64,000 nt of DNA. Source: Takakia lepidozioides. Taxonomy: Eukaryota > Plantae > Bryophyta. Under the pieces are notes generated by a model. It was not told the DNA's origin. It saw nothing but the letters and a program-made list of their open reading frames with translations, and made no database searches. The position numbers and the translations under genes are program-made. This document shows positions 39,065 to 50,500 of the stretch, in pieces. Each line of letters starts with the position of its first letter. Position 1 is the first letter of the stretch. Location of the stretch: positions 434,001 to 498,000 of the forward strand of contig CM060733.1 of NCBI GenBank assembly GCA_030704615.1, read 5' to 3'.

Positions 39065-39790
39065 CAGTCGGTAGCTCAGTTGGATAGAGCACTGAGTGCC
39101 ACCCATGTGATTCTGGGTTCAAATCCTTCAACCATGCCGGGTGTCGTATAATCTTCTCCCCCTTCCCTTGGGTGGTGTCCCTAGAGCCTCGTGAGGTTTG
39201 TATGAAAGAGGTTATTTTCAGTGTTGTGCGGGTTCTGCCTTTTTACGGAACCCGCTGAGTCCGGGTTCAGGTTTTTTTTTGGAGCCAAGTCCAGGTCCGG
39301 ATCCAGGTTTTTGAAATTCCGGGTCCGGGTAGTTTTTGGGAAATATTAGCGGGTTCACGGGTTCGGATCCGGGTCCTAATTTGAGGTAGTATGTGGCCAT
39401 TACTACTGGGCTACAACGTGGTGGGGCTGGCTGTAGTGGCCTATTGCTGCTCGACCCCTCCACACATATGACAAAACCTACCAGATCTGAGGTGGACCCC
39501 GCATGCCCCATCTAAAATTAAGACCCGGACCTGACCTGCTACATTGGCCCGTGGGTAGCGGGTTTAACGGGTTCTGGACCCAGCAGGCGGGTCCGGTCCC
39601 GGGTTCATTTTAGAAATGAACCCGGATCAGGGTCCGAGTTTTTTGTGATAGCCCGGGTCTGAGTGCGGGCCGGGTAACCTGGATCCTAACCCACCGGGTA
39701 CCTGCCTTCAAAACCCGGACCCGCACAACACTGGTTATTTTCTCCTCTCACTATACTTAAGGGGCCTGATTTGTTAGCGGTCGCTCTGGG
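39065..39790 (+). mobile_element. tRNA-derived SINE, interrupted by a MITE
   Basis: A-box GTAGCTCAGTTGG and B-box GGTTCAAATCC; the body matches the copy at 52741 on both sides of the MITE. Confidence 0.8.
39219..39733. mobile_element. hAT-type MITE (515 bp)
   Basis: TIR CAGTGTTGTGCGGGT / ACCCGCACAACACTG; 8-bp TSD GTTATTTT (39211-39218 / 39734-39741); many ACCCG/CGGGT subterminal motifs. Confidence 0.92.
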
Positions 39791-41732
39791 GTATTTCCCT
39801 TAGAATAAAAATGAAGAATAATTAAGTGATGCATCATAACCTATTATTCTAATGGGTTAACCACGCCCTTCAATAATCTCAATCCAGGGCCACAGTCCCT
39901 GTTCAAAAAATAAATAAATAATTAGTACATGGTGTTATCATCTTTTAAAGATCTTTAAATAGTATTCAAATTATCTTTAGTGAGATATATGATTGAAAGT
40001 GGCTATTTGGTTTCTTTGCCCCACTAAATTGTGCCCTACTAGTGAGCAAACATAAGCATCTTCTAAAGATGCAAAAATCTTTTTTGGGTGAGACATGATG
40101 TATTGGATTTGACTTCCAAACGGAGTCAAACGGAATCTCGGGTCAGCGCTCCATGGCGGCATCCCCGGAATTTGATAGGGATATAAACTGGAGGCATATC
40201 AAGCCAGCAGCCAGGCTGAGATTCCGATAGTCATCGTTCTCGCCACAATCACGCTTTGATACACTTATATTCTTCTGTTCAGTCGGTTTCATATGCACAA
40301 TCACTTAGCTTCAAAGCCTCTGGTAGGAGAGGCTTGTCCGCCGCGACCCCCTAAGAGCATAGCATAGGATTCTCGCCCTAGTTTTGCTTGCTGCATCTCT
40401 CCGCAACGGGGAAGAAAGCATCCGTGCAGGATGGAGGCCATAGGGCTGTTCTTTAGCACTTAGCTGCTTTTAGACGATTCATCCATCCCATATGGATGAG
40501 GTTTAAGGTTCGAGTCCACTCCTCAAGCGAGGGTAGTTCAATCCATCACTGATTACAGTGTATGTGCCTAGATGGCGAGTCACAGGGGTTTTATTTTTTT
40601 TCCCCGACAAATAAACTTAATAAAAACCCAGGGCTACTACCCCTTTACCTTATAATAATAATAATAATAATAAACGTAATCAATATGACCATTAACATTG
40701 AAGGCAACCCCAATTACCCCGTTTCAGATTATATCCACATGAAGTTTTTGTGGCTGACAATGGATGGAAGTGAACTTTGAAGATAAATGGTGCACATTAG
40801 GGAGGGGGCATATGTGGGATTATAGTGCCCTAAAATAAGTAAAGCTCTGCTATCTAGAATTTTCCAAAGGGCAAGGGTTTGGAAAAAGCCTATTGTTGAC
40901 CTACCCACATGGCCGGCCAAATGGGCAATCCTGTAAATAATATCTAGGGCTCAAAATGTATCATAATGCCCAATGTTTTGGACGGCGCTATGTAATGTTA
41001 CTATGCACGTACTTATGAGAGGAGTTAGAAAGAAAATGTTACCTCACTGTAAGCCAAAATCTGACAATTTATCCTCCAGATTACACATACATAGCAAGCT
41101 ATCTCTATTTTTGGAATTTTGGTCTGATTTTTTGGGGAGACATTCCTTTAGGTGCCATATAATTGCCTCTCATTTTTGAATAATTGGGAGTTTATGTCTC
41201 ACGTGTGAGACAGGATGCACACGGCCGCATGGACGCGGGGTCGCCTGCCCCCCTGCCCCGCCCACCCCGACCTACCAGCCGCGCTGCGCGGTCGGCAGCC
41301 CCGCAGCACCTGCGGCCCCCGGACCGCGGCCCAGCCCGCCCGCGGTCGCCGCTGGCTCCATCTGCCATCGGGTCCCCACTGGGTCTGCCCGGTCTGGGGA
41401 AGCTAGGTCTGCCCCAGATGGGTCTGTTGGGTCTGCCCGCAGAGCAGCCCGATCCGGCAGACCCAAACGCACCCTAGATGATGTGGCGCCCATCTGATCG
41501 TGAAGTCGCACTGCTATCCTAGCCACCCGGATTTTAGGGCATGGCAGCAGTCACCAATCGTGGGCGAAGACTGTTTCATTGATCTTTTCCTCCCTCTGGT
41601 CTGTTCCTGCCAACGCGCTTCCCTCCTGCCAAGAACGTGCGTGTTGTCCTCCTTCGCTTCCACTTTTGCAGGTCGTATTGCAGGTGCTTTTGAGTGCGCG
41701 TAGGGATACTGTAGTATATATGGCAGCGGCCG

Positions 41733-44700
41733 TTGATGCCCAACCAGAAAGCTTTCTTATATGTCCACTATGACAATGTCTTCAAACACCAAAGGATGGG
41801 CCATTTTCCTGCAAAGATCTTTACTGGAAGAACGAGAGTCGCTCTGGATACATGGGCTCTCAAGTGCGGGTCCGCACGGCCTGTATTCCCTGGGACAGAG
41901 TGGCCGACTTTGTACTTGGAGAGGAGAGTAGAGACGGGTGTTCAACCCAATTTTACATAAATGTGCATGTTAACGCGAAGCCTGGCACGCCAAAAGCTCC
42001 AAGAGCTAACACATATATAACCTCTCTTATGTCTGCACCATATTCCCGCACTTCCTTCCTCTTTGTTCCTGTGCTTGCGTCACATATACATACATCATAT
42101 GTAGATAGGGTTTAGGCTGTCTTGCATGCTTGCATAACTCCATGGGTGTTGATGACATACTCCAATACGACCCTGTCCAGGTATCAGTGTTGCTATGGTC
42201 TAGAGGACAAGCGCACCAACAATAGTCAAGCGAGGAGGTCTGGACGTCGGGGCTGGAAGCAGTAATCCTCACAAAGGTCTAAAACGAAAGAAAAGCGAAT
42301 ACGGCGAGTCTTACAAGCGTGGTTGTCTCTGTTGTTTCAAAGTCGCGCAATGTTATCTTGCTCCAGACATTGGGGTCATCACATATTATAACAACATGCA
42401 ACACCTGTATGTGTCCGGAAAACCCTCTCATGGCGGATATGCTGAGTTCCAGTTCACCCGATATGCTTATGCTTCACATATTAGCGAGGAGCTGAAAAAG
42501 TGGATCATGGAATGGTTGTCCTGAGGCTTGAGTGTCGCGCAAGTCATGATTGAACACAAGGAGCACGTCATGCAGAACACTGGCTTGGGAGACGCATGGA
42601 TACAGGACGACTTTCTCCTCGAGCAGGATGTCCGAAATCTCGCAGAAAAACGAGCCTGGCAGACCTTCAAAAAGCATGTTGATGACGCACAATCCGTCTG
42701 TATATGAAAAGATCAAAACCCGGACTCGGTCTTCTTCTACCAAGAGGAATCATTGGCACCCACATTTCAACATTTTGATGGACATTTGACCTTCACCATT
42801 GGGATTCAGACTCCTTGGCAGCGGCAAAAGATGTTGGACTTGGGCCATGCGCACATCATAGCATGCGATGCTACATTTGGAACTAACCATCACAAGGTCT
42901 GCCGTCGACCTGTCCACGGGGACCTGCTAGCATGATAACATACTACACTGGTCTCCCACTCCTGTTGTGCATTGTTTTTTCGTCCTCAATCCTGATAGAC
43001 CCAACTATGGTAGACCCTGTCCCAGTACATCCTGTTCCAGCAGACCCTCTTCCAGTGCACTCTGTTTTAGGTTAGACCCTCCCAACCTGCCCACCCTGTT
43101 ACAGTAGACCCTGTGCTAGTACACCCTGTTAAAGTACGGCTTGTCAGTAAGAGCACAAATGTGTTTATGCACAGGTCAGTGACTAAAAGTTGGGATCCGT
43201 TGGTCCACCATTGTCACAGGTCTACTAATTATGAATTGTCATTTCATGCAGTTCCCGTTGTACACGTTGATGGTGTTCGACGGTGGTTGAACGGAATTCC
43301 GGTTGCATACATACTGTCAGCACACAATCGAACATCAGACCTTATCCCGTGGATGTTAGCATTGCGTGATTCCTTTCTTAAGGAAAAGCCCAGCTGGCGG
43401 CCTAATGCCTTCATTGTCGACGATGTTGAAGTGGAAATCAATGCAATCCGGTATGCCACATATTTTCACTCTGTTGTAGAGTCTGCTGTACGGTCTGCCC
43501 AATTTGGTCTCCCGCTTGTGGCGGTGGTGAATACGAATGCCCGGTCCAGGCCCTTTTGACTATGTGGCCGCATGCAGGTCTGTTTTCACAGGAGTGTGCA
43601 TTTTCTTTTGTCTTTGGCATGTACGCAAGGCCTGGGTGAAGCAATCATGCCAGAAAATCAGTGATCCGGGAACATCCTCGAAACTGTTGGCAGATATGGG
43701 AGACCTTATGTACTGCAGAGGTGGACCGCAGAAAGAAGACGAAGATGTGAAATGGGTTAAGAAAAAATTGAAGGCAATGAAAAACAAATATCCTGCTGGT
43801 CAGTTGTTCCTCCACTACATTAATGTGTACTGGGTTCCCAAAATCGCTATGTGGTGAATTGCTGCCTGCAACATTCCACATGCAAGCCAAGATACAAATG
43901 CAAGCATCGAGGCATACCATGGAAACTTAAAGGCGAGACTTAATATGAGCAAAGGCAAAATGACGGGTCGAAGAGCCGACTGGCTCATACGGGAGTTGAC
44001 TGGGCATGTACTTGTCTACTACTGGTACGCCATTCATCTGAAGACGCATGGGTTCATTCGCAACGATAAACAGGAAAAACACATTTCCAGTGCAATATGT
44101 GCAGCCCGTGACATACCTTTTTCACGTGTGACATTGCTTGCAGCACCTGGGCAGCCTGCTTATGTGATCAGCTCCTCCAATCCGAATACCACGTACACCG
44201 TGTACAATCCAGAGTCGCAGTGGGCCTGTTGCACCTGCCCGTGGGCCCTGAAGGGAAATCTGTGCAAGCACCAGGTCCGGGTCATAAAGTTGCTAAAACT
44301 AGACCTACAAGACGGTCTCATTGTCCGAACATGTGGTACTCACCTTGGTACTGTTCACGGAGGGTTGGAGAATTTGGACTCACACGACAGCATGGCAGGA
44401 TGCGACCTCGAAAGCGGTAACCAGAATTTGCACCCAAGTGCAACCCCGGCCACGGCAGAGTCATTGCTCACTCCAGACCTGTTGGAAGCTATTTTGAAAC
44501 GGGAGATAACCGACCTACTCGACCTTGTAGGCAACGATGCATACCTTATACACCATTCCTTGTTTGCGGTCCGTGTTTGCCGAGGGCAGATCTAGGACAT
44601 CCTCGTCAAAAAGGCATTTGGCATGTTACACCCGACTGCAGCACGGGCGTTCAATTGTGTAAAAGACAACAACAATATGTCATTGAAGAGGAAAAAAGAT

Positions 44701-44841
44701 TTTGTGGAACATTTTCAAGTTCGCAGGAAAATGAAACTAAATGGGGGCAAACATGTGTCTGCCCTTCCCCCTGTTAGCCACATTTACTCGGCTCTGAGGC
44801 GGGTGTCTCATCGTCCAGAACTGAGAAAGAAGGACATTTAA
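41733..44841 (+). pseudogene. MULE transposase with SWIM domain (element B), spliced and disrupted
   Basis: IACDATFGTN (D1), FIVDDVEVEINAI (D2), CLWHVRKAW, TNASIEAYH (E), and SWIM CCTCPW..NLCKH; in-frame stops. Confidence 0.9.
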
Positions 44842-45019
44842 CTATCATTCTAAAGCGGTGAAGAAGTCACCTGCAGTAGACCAATGCTCCAGACCATGGC
44901 AGGAGACCATCTGGCAGACCCTTTATGTACTTTGTAAGGGATTGATGAAGAAGACCAATGAAGCAATACAGCCAAAGTCGATGTATACCAGGGAATGTAG
45001 AACAGCAATGAAGTAAGCT

Positions 45020-45480
45020 TAATCAATGAGGCACACCACTTGATGTAGTAGACCACCAAGACAGTGCCACGAGTCAGAGTACACCACCAAGACTGTACAT
45101 CACTGAAGGCCTAATCCGTTGCACCGTCAATCCGTGCTCCACCTGCGAGCAAACCCGCTCCTGGCCTGCATCCCAATGCATCTTCACTACACTCCAAACC
45201 CACGTCGGCAAAATAACAACATCACTATATGTCGCGACATCGACATCCTTCTCATAGAGCCTACACCACAACTCAAGCAATCGGTTTGTAGCCTCGGATT
45301 CCTGTTTCTCTAAGGCTTTTAGGTCCTCAGTGGTAATACTGCACTCAAACGTTGGGTCGTTTTCAAAAAAATACAGCATTGTCTTTCCATTCGCGATATG
45401 TGCATCAAAAGTGGAGCCAAATCGGGCAGTGAATCTGCAGAAACTCGAAAAAAACCTTTCAGAAGAAAGACACATCACCG
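45020..45480 (-). pseudogene. Ulp1/C48 SUMO-protease-like fragment (element B cargo)
   Basis: ECSITTEDLKALEKQESEATNRLLELWCRLY..VVILPTWVW resembles the Ulp1 ITxxDLxxL..WLND.VI..Y..L..F.TFF pattern. An intact catalytic triad could not be read. Confidence 0.5.
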
Positions 45481-45676
45481 GCCCTCCACAGACACGTACT
45501 GGGAGACCCGTGACCGCAGACCCATGGAGACCACGGTGCCAGGGGAGAATTCCAAGAGCCCGGTATGACCGGCAGACCCATAGGAGCAGACCCATATTTA
45601 ACTACAAGACTCTTTTGAGGAGACCCATGAACTTTGTCTGCTCAAAGGTGGCAGACCAATGCAAAGATGGAGAGAC

Positions 45677-47008
45677 TTACTGGTTTTTGTTGCGGAGGTC
45701 CGCAACTTCGCTCTCCACTTCGAAACAAACCTTGCAGTTAGCACTCATGAACACTCCCGTCTTGTTTTTCTTAACAACGCTTTTCTTGGGGGGAATTGGT
45801 TTTGCCAACGGGTCTGCTGTGGCCTCTGGTATGCGCTTCTTCCCAGCCACTGACACCGTCGCTCTGTCTGGTTCAGCAAGTTTCTCCAACTTCCTTTCCA
45901 ATGCAACGGCTGTGTCTTTCATGCCATCCCGGAGCTGGTTGGCTCTGCTTCGCAACAAGACCTTGTCCTTGGGTTTATTGACATTTTGTGGACCCGTTCT
46001 GGACGATTCATGCAGACCATGGGTCGAACTGGCCCCAACAGTCGGCGTAATCACCACCGGACCACCCTTTGTGCTAGACCCCATGTTAACGACCTGCGAC
46101 CAACCACGACCTGAGACCTCAGACGCCAGAACCTTCACACGAATGGCAGACCACAGAACATCAGGAATGCCGAAAGTACACAAGACAATGTCATGGACTA
46201 CTAAAATGCAACGGAGTCGGACCTCTGTGGGCGCTGTGGGTGACTGCAATTCCGGCACTCCTGTGACAGGCACTTCTTCGATTGGACCTAGCAAAGGAGA
46301 AGGGGCGGAAACCTCTGTGTGGTCTGCCGCAAGGTCTGTGTAGGCATGGGCAAGGTCTGCCGACCGTGATACAAGGTCTGCTGTGGGGTCTACCATCTCT
46401 GCGGCGGACTCGAACATAACAAGCACCCTATCAACAGACTGGTCTAAGGATAGTAGGGGATCTACATCCGACTGGGGGTCACTACAGTGTTGGTCATATT
46501 CCACAGTAGTAATACCAACATTGGTCTGCTGTATGGGTTCAAGATGTGTTATGTCTAAAGGTCTTGTGGCAAGGGTGAGATCAACTACCATTCTCTGCTT
46601 CTCAGCAGATGTAGCAGTGGGGGGGAAAGGAATCGCCCCTCTCATTTTTGGCAATTCGTATGTGCCAGGGGGAATCGGCGTCGTCTGTTGAATGTCACCT
46701 GCCCTGTTGTCCTGCACTGCCAGGGTCTGCTCGTGTTGGAGTGGTGAGGCATCCATACCTGCGTCGGGATGCACTTCCACCGTGGTGTTCTCAGCCAATG
46801 TGCCAGGCACAGAACCATCTAAGGTCTCCTCAGACAAGGTCTTCTCAAGGAAGGTCTGCTCCTCCAAGGTCTCTTGGGGAAAGGTCTGCTCCGGGGATGT
46901 CTGCTTTGGGTCGGTCTGCTTTTGCACTTGGTCATTAGGAACGGTGTGTTGTGACATGGTCTGCTCTGCCATGGTGTCATCCGCCAGGGTCTGCGCTGGC
47001 AACCTCAT
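45677..47008 (-). CDS. Low-complexity Q/T/D/P-rich ORF of element B (probably a linker upstream of the Ulp1-like domain)
   Basis: 443-aa open frame; the repeated QT/AD dipeptides derive from the GCAGACC DNA motif. Confidence 0.5.
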   Translation of the reverse strand: MRLPAQTLADDTMAEQTMSQHTVPNDQVQKQTDPKQTSPEQTFPQETLEEQTFLEKTLSEETLDGSVPGTLAENTTVEVHPDAGMDASPLQHEQTLAVQDNRAGDIQQTTPIPPGTYELPKMRGAIPFPPTATSAEKQRMVVDLTLATRPLDITHLEPIQQTNVGITTVEYDQHCSDPQSDVDPLLSLDQSVDRVLVMFESAAEMVDPTADLVSRSADLAHAYTDLAADHTEVSAPSPLLGPIEEVPVTGVPELQSPTAPTEVRLRCILVVHDIVLCTFGIPDVLWSAIRVKVLASEVSGRGWSQVVNMGSSTKGGPVVITPTVGASSTHGLHESSRTGPQNVNKPKDKVLLRSRANQLRDGMKDTAVALERKLEKLAEPDRATVSVAGKKRIPEATADPLAKPIPPKKSVVKKNKTGVFMSANCKVCFEVESEVADLRNKNQ

Positions 47009-47179
47009 CCGAGGTGAAGTATGGGCCTGATCTGGGAAGGTCTACGCCGGGAAGGTCTCCTGGAAGGTGTGCTCATGCCCGCTAATATCGGTAGACCGCC
47101 GTCGCAGGGTATATGCTGGCAAGGTCTGCCCCTGCAATGTCTCCTGATCGAACGGGAAAGTCTGCCGGGGAAAGGTCTG

Positions 47180-48860
47180 CTATCGAACTGTGCCCAACGT
47201 CTGCAGGAAAATGGCTTCGGACATGGGATCTCCTACCACGTCTGGCACTCGGGGAGTACTGAGAATCCAGTTGGGGGTCTGTTGCGCCTTGTTCTCCACT
47301 GACACGGTCTGCTGGATCGCATCTCGGTGCTTCGCGTTGACCTGTGACGGGTCTGCTCGGTCCACGGTCTGCTCGCTAACCTCCTGCTGGGTCTCCATGA
47401 TGTTTTCTTTGTGTGATGGGTCTGATGTTGCTTGCACTCCAATGAGCCTGCATTTAACGAGTGAGTCCACGCCAGAATGGCCACGGAGGGCCCTTAGAAG
47501 CTGCCGAGCGCCATTAGCATATTGGTCAAGGGCCTTGCGAACAATGTCGTCCTCCGGGTCGTACTCTACAGCAAAGAAAACAACATTATGAGCAACCATA
47601 CAGAGGTCTGCTGCTTCGAACAAGCAAGTCCAGTCCTCCACACAAGGTCTGTTGATCGGCTGGTTAGAACAATGTTTGCTAGTGTGGTAGTTCATACAAG
47701 GTCTGCTGATAGTTCACACAAGGTCTGTTTGTCTGACGTCCAGACCTACACAAGGCTACTTGGTCTGGCATACCATGATCAAAGACTCTCGTCCGCAGGC
47801 CAATATCTTTCATGAGGCGATCCATGAAGGCCTCATCAAGCTCTCTCAAAGCTGCGGCGCGGTCCTCTGCTGGAATCCCACTCCACAGAACTTGGAAAGC
47901 ATGCGCTTTGTTGAAAACAATGTCGAGGACTGCTCGCTCCTGTACACTGACAAACCACAACATGGCATCCTGCGTAACACTTTCCCGACAATCCTGGCTT
48001 CTGTGCAGCAGGTCCATCTGCAGATTTTGGAGGTCTTTTTTCAATTTTGTGTAAGATCTGAAATTATCAAATTGCAACCACTGCCGGTGGAGGAAAGACA
48101 GTGCCATGTCCTCGAATGCACTCTCTGTCAACCCGGCAAAGTGTTTGGGACGAACACCAAATACTGGGTGGGCGATGGACATGTGCCTTATCTCCACTGG
48201 GCGAGGGTCGTTCATGAGAAAAAGCTGTGCGAGAAGCGGTGGGTCGGTCTCCTCTCCCAGAAGCGCCACTCCCTAGTCTCGGGCTTTCTCCAAAAGACGG
48301 CTAGCTTCCTCCGCAGTGAACTCCATAGACGAGTGGTGCAGAGCAAAGGTCCACCGCAACGCAACGATGTGGTGAAGCTCATTGTACCAGTCCAGATGCC
48401 GATTGCTTTCCCCACAACGGAACTTGGGAAGGGTAGGGTCCTCCTCATCTGACGCAGACCTCTGTGGAGGTCACCAGGGTGCCCAAAATGGAAAATCAGA
48501 GCCCGTCTGCCCCAGTGTGGTTTGCTGCCCGTCTGCCGCGGAAGTACGAAGGTCTGTTGGAGGACGGCTCACTGAAGATATGTCCACTGAACCGGGTCTA
48601 CTGGATAGACTCACAATATGCGATGCAGGGTGGACCTTTCGGGCTCACGGAGGTGGAGGAAGGTCTGCTGCCGGGCCGCTTGCACCATCACCAATTGCTG
48701 CAATAGCATCAGCGGACTGTGGTACAGACTGAGGATGTACTCCCGAATATCCCTAACCTCGTTCCGGACAAGTGCATTTTCCAAGGGAGGACCGTTGGAC
48801 TTATGCTTCCAGATTTGCAAAACCCTGTGAATGCGGTTGTCCTCGGCGTTTGCCTCCTGA
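47180..48860 (-). pseudogene. Unknown helical cargo protein of element B (frameshifted)
   Basis: Consecutive protein-like minus-strand segments (48611-48820, 47679-48269, 47180-47695) with putative splice sites; no family recognised. Confidence 0.5.
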
Positions 48861-49187
48861 AACTAAACAAAATACTTTAGCCCATAGAAGAATGTTTTAA
48901 AGAATAAATGTGACAATTTCCAATGATAGTAGACCTACACATTGAAGGTAATGCAGACCCCTGTACAGAACTGTACACCCAGAACAATATCTGGCAAACC
49001 AGAACTTAAGTGGCAGACCATTAGACCATAGCTGATAGAGCAAAACTAATCTGACAGACCAGTAGACCATAAGTGGCAGACCAGAACTTATATGGCAGAC
49101 AAATCGACTATGTCTGGCAGACCACAACACTATACCAAGCACAGTAGACAGCTCAAGAAAACACGTGGAAGACCCTACAAAGAGTAT

Positions 49188-50500
49188 TTAAAGTATCAGC
49201 AGGCTGTTGTAGTCTTCATCCCGTGGGCGTGATCGTGCCTCCACCCAATTCCTCTCTATTGTGTAAATGGTCCTCTGTATTTGCCCTGACCTTACATAAC
49301 CATACAAAAATGGGAAGAACTCCGGATGTGATTCTTCTGGGCATTCGGGAGGCAGAAGGCCATGTGGAAGGAGGCACAACCGCCCAGGAACATCATCGAG
49401 GGTCTGCTGGTTGAAGGTCTGCTTGTTGGGTCTGATTGAGGGTCTGCTAGAAGGTCTGCTGGTTCGGTCTGCTTGAGGGTTTGTTTCCTCCATGGATGTA
49501 TCCGAGTCAAGGTTTATCTCATGTACCGGCGGGGCGTACCCAATGGGGTCTGAGACCAAGTAGGGTCTCATGATTAGTTGCGGTAGCTACGTCGTCATGT
49601 CCTGCACATCTTCGTCTTCATGGGACTCCTCGTCAGTAGAGTCATCGTCACTGGATGACAAAGTTTCAGCAGCAGGCTCTGGTCTGCTGGCCTTGGTCCG
49701 CTGGGACGGACCTGCTTGCACTTCTTTGCTTGTCACTCTCTCATCTCGTGGTCTGCCAGAGGCATTGGCGGACCTGTGACTTTTGCCCTCTACATTCTTT
49801 TTGGCACCATCACTGAGCTTCCTTTTCTTCATTGGCGCAACACGACCAGGGCCCAACAGACCTGCTTGAGTGTGATATCGCTGTTGCACTTCGTCGACAG
49901 ACCGAGGGACAGTAGATGCACCCCTCAACTTCATCATGATTTCTTTACCAGCCTTTGAAGAACTTGGCTTGGGCCACGGCTTGAAGTTGTCAGGGATGAC
50001 ACCTTTGCATCCTCCATCAAGGACATGCCGGTTTAGAGTCTCTTTGTCCTTCACGAAATCAGGGCAAAAGGGGCACTGAAAACGGTCCTTTGGCCATTTC
50101 TCTTTGTCCTTGTCTATGCGCAAGTCCAAAAATGCTTCTACTATTTTAGCATCGTAGTCATGTGGCTCATACCAGTACATTCTCTTTGGCTTGTTGCGGG
50201 GGGCATGCACATATTGCACCCAATCCGGTCCACCCTTTGGGCACGCTTCTTCCAAGGCTGCAAAATCGGCAGGAAGTGTGTTAGGGACGGTCTGCTCAAA
50301 CGAACTTCAGAAGCGGGACTGAGAACGGTAATGAAGGTTGAAGGTGAAGGAGGAAGGTGAAGTTCATACCTTCAGAGCGCACTTCGGCAACGACGGCAAC
50401 GCGCCCGTTCAGGAAACGGCGGGACCTTTGCTTCTCAGTCGGCAAGCCTGTAACGTCGAATCGTCGCGGTACAATGGAAGAGGCACCAACAGCGACCCTA
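49188..50500 (-). CDS. C2H2/C2HC zinc-finger-containing cargo ORF of element B
   Basis: FQCPFCPDFVKDKETLNRHVLDGGC, a basic NLS-like PMKKRK and an acidic tract. Confidence 0.6.

Noticed and set aside
39065-39135. tRNA genes here and at 52741
   Set aside because: A/B boxes are present but no proper acceptor or anticodon stems form; both continue into a shared SINE body.
40440-40680. Another SINE-like segment (GGTTCGAGTCC B-box, (ATA)n tract)
   Set aside because: Single copy with no clear A-box or TSD; insufficient support.
45330-46343. 337-aa plus-strand ORF
   Set aside because: It is the antisense shadow of the minus-strand cargo ORFs and has no recognisable domain.
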